Of a stretch of DNA of 64,000 nucleotides, positions 10,020-17,409 are shown piece after piece. A program made the translations under genes and the position numbers. Numbering within the stretch: position 1 is the first letter of the stretch; each line of letters begins with the position of its first letter. The notes beneath the pieces were generated by a model. The model was given only the letters and a program-made list of their open reading frames with translations, was not told the DNA's origin and made no database searches. The DNA lies in the IMG/VR virus record IMGVR_UViG_3300028283_000002, positions 70,438-134,437 of that record. One strand, given 5' to 3'. This DNA is from a virus.

Positions 10020-10340
10020 ATGGCACACGTTAAAAGATTTAAAGAAGTAAACGAAAGTTTTTATTTTAGTGACTGGGTTGATATGGATCTATTACAATCA
10101 GTTATAGACCACATGAAACCAGGTAAAGAATCATCTGGTGACGAATTCAAACAATCCCTCAGAGGATTCAATAACGAATACGAAGTCACCGTTCAAAAAA
10201 GATTACCAGCAACATTTGGTAAACAAGTAGCTGTTTGGATTGACCTATATCTAGTTCAAGATGTGATAGATAGAATGAACCCAGTTTTATGTAAACAATC
10301 AGATGAATATAAAGCGGAATTAAAAAACTTCTTAAAATAA
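10020..10340 (+). CDS. Hypothetical protein, CTS-like N-terminus, internal two-fold repeat
   Basis: MAHVKRFKEVNE; WVDMDLLQSVIDHMKP / WIDLYLVQDVIDRMNP. Confidence 0.7.
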   Translation: MAHVKRFKEVNESFYFSDWVDMDLLQSVIDHMKPGKESSGDEFKQSLRGFNNEYEVTVQKRLPATFGKQVAVWIDLYLVQDVIDRMNPVLCKQSDEYKAELKNFLK

Positions 10341-10753
10341 TGCACGTTAAAAGATTTAAAGAAATATTTGAAGCTGTGGCTGTACATAAAAGTGTGAAGC
10401 CCGAAAAACTTCCTCATTGTGCCGAAATGGAAGCTAAGGGATATAGAATAGCGTCGATAGGAGACGATAAATACGCTTTTCACAAGAATTACGAAGCAGA
10501 TGATGATATTTATTGGTTAGGTAAAAATACACCAGATTACCAGTACGGTAAAACTTATATCGCTACACCTGATATTGTTGCTGATAAGAAACATAATCCT
10601 TTCTATTCAATTTTCTGTAAATGTGATCCAGGTCCAACCGATGAGCAGAAGAAGATCATAGCAGAAAGAGAAAAAGAAAATCAGAAAAGGTATGAGTTAA
10701 TACAGAAACAGATTAGAGGTGAAGCTGAAAAGAAAAAGAAGAAAAAGAAATAA
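10340..10753 (+). CDS. Hypothetical protein, CTS-like N-terminus
   Basis: MHVKRFKEIFE; TAATG overlap with the previous gene. Confidence 0.7.
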   Translation: MHVKRFKEIFEAVAVHKSVKPEKLPHCAEMEAKGYRIASIGDDKYAFHKNYEADDDIYWLGKNTPDYQYGKTYIATPDIVADKKHNPFYSIFCKCDPGPTDEQKKIIAEREKENQKRYELIQKQIRGEAEKKKKKKK

Positions 10754-10763
10754 TCATCAAATA

Positions 10764-11087
10764 TTAAACCCATGAATTTCTATCAGTCCAACGATTTTTA
10801 TATGGGTCTGATTTAGTTTCATATTTTTTACTTGGTAAATCATCGTCCCAATTTTCTTCACCGTAAGGATCAAGCTCTTTCATTCTGTCCTTTTTAATGT
10901 TCATTTTCTTGAGTTCTTTTCTAGCTCTATATGTAACAGAGTAGTCTGATAATTCTCTTAATTTTTCAAGTATATAAACTCTATCTTTATCTGGAAGATT
11001 ATGCCAATCATCTTTGGATAATCTCATGGATTTAATTTTCCTTAATTCGTATAAATATTCTCGGTCGGTCATACGTTGTCCTCCCAT
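10764..11087 (-). CDS. DPYGEExW-tagged hypothetical protein
   Basis: ELDPYGEENW at 10848-10871; probable start MTDREY at about 11072. Confidence 0.7.
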   Translation of the reverse strand: MGGQRMTDREYLYELRKIKSMRLSKDDWHNLPDKDRVYILEKLRELSDYSVTYRARKELKKMNIKKDRMKELDPYGEENWDDDLPSKKYETKSDPYKNRWTDRNSWV

Positions 11088-11584
11088 AATTCTTCCCCGT
11101 AAGGGTCTGCTTCACTAAAAATTTGTTTACCTTTATTAATGGGTTGTATTGATTCATTGAATGCTCCCCACTGTGGAAAATGATCATCCAACAGAGATAC
11201 TCTTAATAATTCCATATTATCATCTAAATGATGATAAACATTATTTTCACTCGTTAGAATTGATAGACCATCGTTTCTCATTATATCTATCAGTGGTCTA
11301 TTATCGTGTAATAAACACGTATCATCAAAATGAAAAAATGGATCACCGTCTATTCTTGAAAATCCTAAAAATTTTATCCAATTTTTTAAATTATCATCTG
11401 GGAAATCGTGTTTATTAATTATTGCGCCAGCATCAGTTTCTTTACCTATATAAATCCAACAAGGACCAGATACACCGCCTACTTTTTCACGTATTCCAAA
11501 ATATCTCATTTGTTCTCTTAAACACGCGTTTAAAGCAGCTTCTAATTGAACAGATCTTGTTCTTATCTTAAATACTAATGGCAT
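11069..11584 (-). CDS. DPYGEExW-tagged hypothetical protein
   Basis: C-terminal FSEADPYGEELWEDNV. Confidence 0.75.
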   Translation of the reverse strand: MPLVFKIRTRSVQLEAALNACLREQMRYFGIREKVGGVSGPCWIYIGKETDAGAIINKHDFPDDNLKNWIKFLGFSRIDGDPFFHFDDTCLLHDNRPLIDIMRNDGLSILTSENNVYHHLDDNMELLRVSLLDDHFPQWGAFNESIQPINKGKQIFSEADPYGEELWEDNV

Positions 11585-11587
11585 AAT

Positions 11588-12157
11588 TTATTCCTCCCAA
11601 TTTTCTTCACCGTAAGGATCAACAGCACAAAACTTTTGTCCCTTTGGTTCTTTTTTTCTTGATATTTCTTTTTCTAAAAATATTAAATCTTCATTAACTC
11701 TATTTCTCAAACCAATTAAAGCCACTCTATAATCCCTATGCGTCTTGTATCTACCTTTAGTGATGAAAAAATAAGAATTTAATTCTCCTCTTGATTTATC
11801 CACATCCGCTTCTAATGTCCATATTCTTGTCCTACAATCTGTGAATCTATTAGCTGTGTAATTATCCATATTTGGTGCCCATTGACCATTATAATGTCTA
11901 GCCACATGATCCAATCTATGAACCATAGGAGTGATATTATTATGTATGGTTCTATATGTGGATTTAATATCTTCTATTTCAGCCACTATACCAACACCAA
12001 GAATCCCTTTTGTGAGATATATAGGGAATACCTTTTCTTTTATTAAATTCCACAATTCAGTGCATGTTTTTACAATTATGGCAATAATAACACGCCAACC
12101 TTCTAATGTGAATAAAAGTTTGAATATATTACTCAACGTATGGAATACCGCTTTCAT
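11588..12157 (-). CDS. DPYGEExW-tagged hypothetical protein
   Basis: C-terminal PKGQKFCAVDPYGEENWEE. Confidence 0.75.
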   Translation of the reverse strand: MKAVFHTLSNIFKLLFTLEGWRVIIAIIVKTCTELWNLIKEKVFPIYLTKGILGVGIVAEIEDIKSTYRTIHNNITPMVHRLDHVARHYNGQWAPNMDNYTANRFTDCRTRIWTLEADVDKSRGELNSYFFITKGRYKTHRDYRVALIGLRNRVNEDLIFLEKEISRKKEPKGQKFCAVDPYGEENWEE

Positions 12158-12458
12158 TTAATGAATCTAAATAATTGTTATGACCTAATTGAATTTTATC
12201 GTAAATTTCGTCTCTGAATTTCACCTTAACTTCCCTATCTGGGTAGTACTCTGCAATTTCTCTTAATTTTGAACCACTTGGTATAGCTATTAAATCATCA
12301 TCCATAACGTAAGAACCTTCACCATCAAACCAGGGAAAATCCATAAGTAATTCGTGTTGAGCTAATAACATTGGATAATATATGTTATTTTCGAACATTC
12401 CTGGTCCCTCTAGACAAACCCACCATCTGTTTTGTATTTTGGATATTGTGTATCTCAT
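12129..12458 (-). CDS. Hypothetical protein
   Basis: ORF in a tightly packed minus-strand operon. Confidence 0.65.
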   Translation of the reverse strand: MRYTISKIQNRWWVCLEGPGMFENNIYYPMLLAQHELLMDFPWFDGEGSYVMDDDLIAIPSGSKLREIAEYYPDREVKVKFRDEIYDKIQLGHNNYLDSLNESGIPYVE

Positions 12459-12461
12459 AAT

Positions 12462-12881
12462 CTACTCCTTCCAATTTTCTTCACCGTAAGGATCTAATTC
12501 ACTAAAAACTTGTCCTTGCGGATCGTTGTTTTCATACCTTATTTGAGCAGCAACCATCTCAATTCTTAAAGTGTTTATAACATCTTTATGCCTATCATAC
12601 ATAACATCTATAACAATCCCATGATTATCAATTAGTTCTGGGGGATTATTGGTTGCGTCACATATTATTTTATAGTTATAAAGGAAGTGATTAACTTGTA
12701 GTTCTTTAAATATGGGATCTAATCTTGTTATAATTTCAGTGCGTGTGTCTGGCGTATTGAAACGCATCCACATGTTTTCTAACGCTTCTTCAATTCTTTT
12801 TCTAATTAAGATGAAGGCTCTGCGTACATTTAAATCATCGAGTGTTATCGAATCTTCATTTATTATCCAAGGACTATTCAT
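12462..12881 (-). CDS. Stand-alone tail-sheath C-terminal-domain homologue with DPYGEExW tag
   Basis: LNVRR...RFNTPDTRTEI...KEL...LYNYKIICDATNN aligns by eye with RFNTPEIRAEI...KEL...LYDFKNVCDKTNN of the sheath at 55207. Confidence 0.8.
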   Translation of the reverse strand: MNSPWIINEDSITLDDLNVRRAFILIRKRIEEALENMWMRFNTPDTRTEIITRLDPIFKELQVNHFLYNYKIICDATNNPPELIDNHGIVIDVMYDRHKDVINTLRIEMVAAQIRYENNDPQGQVFSELDPYGEENWKE

Positions 12882-13269
12882 TGTCCCACCTTTCTTCCCC
12901 GTAGGGATCTAATTCACTAAATACCTGTTGATAACTACCTTTAGGATCATGTCCATGTAATCCTCTAAAATCGCCTTCACAATCAAACCAACCAACATCG
13001 GGACGATAACTCCATAATTCACTAGCCATGGATTTTCCTTGTAATTTAGTTTTAACTCCTTTGTGTTCAATCCACATGGCGTTGCCTTGTGAATCTGACT
13101 GTAAAACTTTATGGTTATCTGTTGCATTAATAGTATTACTTAGTTGAAAACTACTTGGATTTGGTACTCCGTAAAAACTATTAGTCACTATTTTTTTCCA
13201 TAGTTTATTTGTATTCATTGGTTTTCCTCCTCTCCATTTAGGATTGTTGCTCATAAATCTTCTAGACAT
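12874..13269 (-). CDS. DPYGEExW-tagged hypothetical protein containing a PolB-like KxxxNSxYG segment
   Basis: KKIVTNSFYG; C-terminal QVFSELDPYGEERW. Confidence 0.7.
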   Translation of the reverse strand: MSRRFMSNNPKWRGGKPMNTNKLWKKIVTNSFYGVPNPSSFQLSNTINATDNHKVLQSDSQGNAMWIEHKGVKTKLQGKSMASELWSYRPDVGWFDCEGDFRGLHGHDPKGSYQQVFSELDPYGEERWDNE

Positions 13270-13667
13270 TACCAGTTCTCCTCTCCGTAAGGGTCTAATT
13301 CATTAAATCTTTGTTCACCTTTTGGTTGTTGGGTTTGTTCATTTTGTTTCCACAACATTCCTGTACTACCAAAACCTGTATTATTTTTAAAAAAGTCTGG
13401 AAGTTTTTCCATTGCTTCTTTCATATATTTTTGACCTGCTCCTGTAACTCCTCTTGCTTGGTCGTAATAATTAGTTGACCAATGATCTATTAATCCTAAT
13501 TTATTCCATTTCTCAACGGCGTCTCTACGTATTTTCCTAAGAGTTTCTTTATCAATAGAATTTTCATATTCTTTTACAAGTTCTAGTTCTCTTTTAGCAA
13601 TACTATCAAAGCTCTCCATTTTCATGAGATCTTCGTTTAAACTCCTATATTCTTCTTTAGTCATCAT
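13269..13667 (-). CDS. DPYGEExW-tagged hypothetical protein (start revised to ATG 13667)
   Basis: Ends FNELDPYGEENW*; TAATG coupling to the upstream micro-ORF. Confidence 0.7.
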   Translation of the reverse strand: MMTKEEYRSLNEDLMKMESFDSIAKRELELVKEYENSIDKETLRKIRRDAVEKWNKLGLIDHWSTNYYDQARGVTGAGQKYMKEAMEKLPDFFKNNTGFGSTGMLWKQNEQTQQPKGEQRFNELDPYGEENW

Positions 13668-13820
13668 TAGTTTCTCCAATCTTCCTCACCGTAAGGATCT
13701 AAATCACTAACTACTCTATTAATTTCAGAGTTTCTCATACCTCTTCCTATTGACTGTTTTTCATGTAAACTACCGAAGCTTCCTATTTTCCAAATCTTTT
13801 ATTTTATCTTCTATTTTCAT
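13667..13820 (-). CDS. Small DPYGEExW-tagged ORF missed by the ORF track (about 50 aa with one frameshift, or 23 aa from ATG 13738)
   Basis: Frame reads ...GMRNSEINRVVSDLDPYGEEDWRN*; upstream ATG 13820 is out of frame by one base. Confidence 0.65.
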
Positions 13821-13837
13821 AACTTTTATTTTATTTT

Positions 13838-14101
13838 TTATTCATCTGTTAAAGCCGCTTTAATGGATTCTGTAACATCAGGTATGACTTGTACTTTCTC
13901 AAGTATTTTAACCTCAATATCAATAATTCTATTACCCGGAATATATCTTTTATCGTATCCAACATCTACCAAAAAACCTTGAGTACAAATTCTATAAAGA
14001 TGTTCTTTAAGAGAACTATCTTCACAATCAATATGAAGATGATGTAATCTTGGTTCTGTGTATCTTTGATCTATATGTATTTCTAATTCGTATGTGTTCA
14101 T
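13838..14101 (-). CDS. Hypothetical protein
   Basis: Operonic ORF. Confidence 0.6.
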   Translation of the reverse strand: MNTYELEIHIDQRYTEPRLHHLHIDCEDSSLKEHLYRICTQGFLVDVGYDKRYIPGNRIIDIEVKILEKVQVIPDVTESIKAALTDE

Positions 14102-14105
14102 AACT

Positions 14106-14315
14106 CTAATTATTTTTTTCTTCTTCTACTTTTTCTAATTCTCCAAGTAAAACAACTTTTAAGTGATTTGTTGAAAAGTGACGTGCTTGTACGATAAAAC
14201 TTTTATCGTCATCAAGTAAAACAGTATCATTAACGGCTGGAACAATATATGTGTAATATTCCTGAAGTATCTCACCGTCGTAGTCCATAATTATAATTTT
14301 GTAATCTTTGATCAT
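14106..14315 (-). CDS. Hypothetical protein
   Basis: Operonic ORF. Confidence 0.55.
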   Translation of the reverse strand: MIKDYKIIIMDYDGEILQEYYTYIVPAVNDTVLLDDDKSFIVQARHFSTNHLKVVLLGELEKVEEEKNN

Positions 14316-14317
14316 TG

Positions 14318-14560
14318 TTAAGGCTTCGTTTTCTTTTTTATAGTCTTTTTTTCGTCAGTTGTTTCGGTTTTTTCAACCTTTTCTCTCTTTTTTCTTGGTT
14401 TTAAATATGGAGTATATTCAGTTATACCTTTTTTTTCTAAACAGTTAAAGCAATGCAATACCTGATAAGAGTTGTTCTTTGTAACCCAATACACTTCTTT
14501 ATCTGTAAAGTCACCAAGACAGTTCATACAGATATTACTATTAGAAATTTTCTTCGCCAT
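14318..14560 (-). CDS. Small zinc-finger protein
   Basis: CMNC...CFNC plus basic tail. Confidence 0.6.
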   Translation of the reverse strand: MAKKISNSNICMNCLGDFTDKEVYWVTKNNSYQVLHCFNCLEKKGITEYTPYLKPRKKREKVEKTETTDEKKTIKKKTKP

Positions 14561-14831
14561 CGTCTTTTATATTATCCAAGTTATATCTTTGTTTCTTTTT
14601 ATCCCAATCTCTACCTAAAAATTTCATAATAGGCCACCAATTCTTGAAATTATCACTCTTGAGGATTAATACAGTCTCCACAATTATTCCAAAAATATTT
14701 AAAACAGGAGTGAACCAAACATGTGGTGAAACATTCTTATCTATTCCCCTTATATAAGCATGATAGTTCAACCATCTACATAGAAATACACTCTCGATGT
14801 ATATACCTAATATCCAATATAATACCGTCAT
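14541..14831 (-). CDS. Small membrane protein with degenerate tag (DDGEENF)
   Basis: Two hydrophobic segments; C-terminal KDDGEENF. Confidence 0.55.
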   Translation of the reverse strand: MTVLYWILGIYIESVFLCRWLNYHAYIRGIDKNVSPHVWFTPVLNIFGIIVETVLILKSDNFKNWWPIMKFLGRDWDKKKQRYNLDNIKDDGEENF

Positions 14832-15232
14832 AATCCTAAAATTTTATCAATTAAATTCATATCTTCTGTGTCTGTGTCGTCAACGATGAATATAGTTTCA
14901 TGGATTTCAGCAACGAGATCTAACATGTCTCCTCTATTCTTCATCCATAACATATAATCACCAGAATCAAACTTCACACTTTCGTCTAAAGCCTTGTTAT
15001 ATAAGGAAATTTGAACTACGTCACCAGTAGTTACACCCATTCCAAACTGATTATAATAATAAAGAATTTCCCATGTTTCATCTTCGTAAACAAATGATAA
15101 ATTAGGGTGATCTGAAGAAATGACGTTTACTTTATCTACGTTCTTCAACGCTGTATTTCTTACGATTTCGAATACTTTCGTTCTTTGTTCTAATGATAGT
15201 TTCATGATTTTTAAATTAAGGATATAATACAA
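14828..15232 (-). CDS. Hypothetical protein
   Basis: Operonic ORF. Confidence 0.6.
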   Translation of the reverse strand: MYYILNLKIMKLSLEQRTKVFEIVRNTALKNVDKVNVISSDHPNLSFVYEDETWEILYYYNQFGMGVTTGDVVQISLYNKALDESVKFDSGDYMLWMKNRGDMLDLVAEIHETIFIVDDTDTEDMNLIDKILGL

Positions 15233-15488
15233 TACATCTTTTACTTGGGTCGTTCTTCATCAATTCCCACTCGTCGTCTTCAAAATCGTTTTCCCACGCT
15301 TCTCTTTTCGTGTCGTAAACTTCATATCCACCTCTTCTACCACCTTCTTCTGTGAAGACACAATCTGGATCAAATCCGCGAGCCGATTCATAACCATTAC
15401 CTTCTGAGTCCCTTTGCAACATTATTTTGCAATCGTCCAATTCAATAGACATTGAATTGACTTGTTCTCTTAGTTCTTTAAGTTTCAT
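15216..15488 (-). CDS. Hypothetical phage protein
   Basis: MKLKELREQ...LQRDSEGNGY pattern typical of small phage proteins. Confidence 0.6.
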   Translation of the reverse strand: MKLKELREQVNSMSIELDDCKIMLQRDSEGNGYESARGFDPDCVFTEEGGRRGGYEVYDTKREAWENDFEDDEWELMKNDPSKRCIVLYP

Positions 15489-15489
15489 A

Positions 15490-15738
15490 TTAGTTTTGTT
15501 TTTTAATCATTTCAGTCTGAACGTAAGTAGCTTTATCGAATTCCACTTTTCTGATGGAATCAATTTTAGGTCCAGCACAATATACACAAGAGCTATAAAC
15601 GTCAGGTGAACTGAAAGACGTTGTGATAGAATAATTATTGTTTACGTTATCGTAAGCAATTTTCTGTTCAATTTTTACACTTTGATTACCGCAAGCCATT
15701 AAAAATAACATTGAGGCAAATACTATTAACTTTTTCAT
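15490..15738 (-). CDS. Putative lipoprotein
   Basis: MKKLIVFASMLFLMA-C lipobox signal. Confidence 0.65.
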   Translation of the reverse strand: MKKLIVFASMLFLMACGNQSVKIEQKIAYDNVNNNYSITTSFSSPDVYSSCVYCAGPKIDSIRKVEFDKATYVQTEMIKKQN

Positions 15739-15756
15739 TTTTCTTTTTTTTAATTT

Positions 15757-15942
15757 TTAGAAAGGTCCGTAATAACAATCATCTTTTACACGTGGTTTAC
15801 CAGATAACATATTAGATATTAAGAATTTTAAATCTAATATAAAAGCGACTATCAACCACAAAATAATCCCCGGTATTATTAATGTCGGTAAAGTTATTAA
15901 TAATAATAACACGTACCCTATAATTTGAAAAAACTTTTTCAT
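15757..15942 (-). CDS. Small membrane protein
   Basis: Long hydrophobic stretch. Confidence 0.5.
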   Translation of the reverse strand: MKKFFQIIGYVLLLLITLPTLIIPGIILWLIVAFILDLKFLISNMLSGKPRVKDDCYYGPF

Positions 15943-16092
15943 TTTTTATATCCTTTTTTATTATCAAACGATTTACCAAACAATCTAAGTGTGAATTCAA
16001 AAAATAAAGCAATAAGAGCTAGTCCTATTACTAATACATCTGGAAACATAACTATAACAAATATAATAACAATCGCGATTACAAGTCCCATA

Positions 16093-16431
16093 TCAATTTT
16101 CATTTTTAGGTTTATTGAAAATATCGTAAGGAAAATATTTCCTTTCTATTATTAACAAATAAAATGCCATAAACATTACAAGAAAGAAAGACATCATTAT
16201 ATACGATCTACTACCGACAGCTAGGGTCATCCACGCTGATATAATCAAAGCATCTAACCCCACAATAATTCTAAGCAGATATTTAATAAAAATTTTTAAT
16301 ATCATATTTTTATGTCTTTTAAATATTGTGAGAACATTACTAAATATGGATAAAAAAGATATACAAAATAACATAACCCAATTATAACCATATACATCAT
16401 GAATATGAAGGGCCAGTTGATAGATAACCAT
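16093..16431 (-). CDS. Membrane protein
   Basis: About three hydrophobic helices. Confidence 0.5.
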   Translation of the reverse strand: MVIYQLALHIHDVYGYNWVMLFCISFLSIFSNVLTIFKRHKNMILKIFIKYLLRIIVGLDALIISAWMTLAVGSRSYIMMSFFLVMFMAFYLLIIERKYFPYDIFNKPKNEN

Positions 16432-16547
16432 CTTGGATATTTATCTTCCTTATCATTTGCCGCTATTATACCAGCAATTATAGACATTATAATTAATACA
16501 ACACCTATTAAACCAACGATTAAATGTACCATATTTTTATTTTTTAT

Positions 16548-16883
16548 TTACCAATTAACTATCATTGTCCAAGAAGAACCTTTTCCTGCGTATTTTTGTT
16601 CTATGACTTCAAACCCTTCTGCCCTTAGATCATCTTGAAGATCAAATATATATTCACATAATTTCACATTAACGTCCTCCTGAACTTGTAAATTATACGA
16701 TCCCATTTCAGACATTTTTTTAATTTCTTCGTGAATTAATTTAAGTCCGACTTTTTTCCTTTCCTCTTTAAATTCGTTAAGTCTTATATCTGACTCGGCT
16801 CTAAGTCTCTTATCAGACTCTTCTGCCAATTTTTTCATTTCTTCTGCTAATCCCATATTATTTAGTGTTTTTATTCGTTCCAA
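16548..16883 (-). CDS. Hypothetical protein
   Basis: Operonic ORF ending L..EGFEV...W. Confidence 0.6.
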   Translation of the reverse strand: MERIKTLNNMGLAEEMKKLAEESDKRLRAESDIRLNEFKEERKKVGLKLIHEEIKKMSEMGSYNLQVQEDVNVKLCEYIFDLQDDLRAEGFEVIEQKYAGKGSSWTMIVNW

Positions 16884-17113
16884 TTTTCTTCTCCGTATGG
16901 ATCTATATCATTAAAAATTCTATTTGTTTTACGTTCTTCCATTATAGGTACATTTTCGTAATATTTCGCAAGATGTTGATAATCATACGTGTACCGGTTA
17001 AACTTCAATTTCTCTCTTGATATCTCTTCGGCTAAGATAGCTTCTAGTTGTGCAACAACGTCAAAACCATGATAAGCTTTAAGATCTTCTATATTTTCAG
17101 CATTCCATTTCAC
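16871..17113 (-). CDS. Major-capsid-protein fragment homologue with DPYGEExW tag
   Basis: WNAENIEDLKAYHGFDVVAQLEAILAEEISRE resembles T4 gp23 ELAQDLRAVHGMDADAELSGILATEI (recalled, not searched); ends DIDPYGEENWNE. Confidence 0.7.
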   Translation of the reverse strand: MKWNAENIEDLKAYHGFDVVAQLEAILAEEISREKLKFNRYTYDYQHLAKYYENVPIMEERKTNRIFNDIDPYGEENWNE

Positions 17114-17409
17114 GAAGTCCAGTCCTCCTCACCGTAAGGATCATCATATTTATGTTTCTTCATGAGAATTTTATTTCTTCTTTTCTTCCATATTTTAACA
17201 AAAAATTTCCAAATGCTTTCTAAACCAAATTCCCAAAAAGCTGCGAAAATTAATACTAACGATGCTAAAATGTTTAATGGTGTGAAAAATATAGCAAATT
17301 CAAATCCCCCTTTATCGCTATCCTCCCACATCGCGAAATAAAAAAATATAAGCAATACAAACCAAGCGATTAAAAAACCTATAAGCCACCACATATCTAG
17401 TTCTCCCAA
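17110..17409 (-). CDS. Two-TM membrane protein with DPYGEExW tag
   Basis: Two hydrophobic helices, basic stretch, then DDPYGEEDWTS. Confidence 0.7.
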   Translation of the reverse strand: MGELDMWWLIGFLIAWFVLLIFFYFAMWEDSDKGGFEFAIFFTPLNILASLVLIFAAFWEFGLESIWKFFVKIWKKRRNKILMKKHKYDDPYGEEDWTS

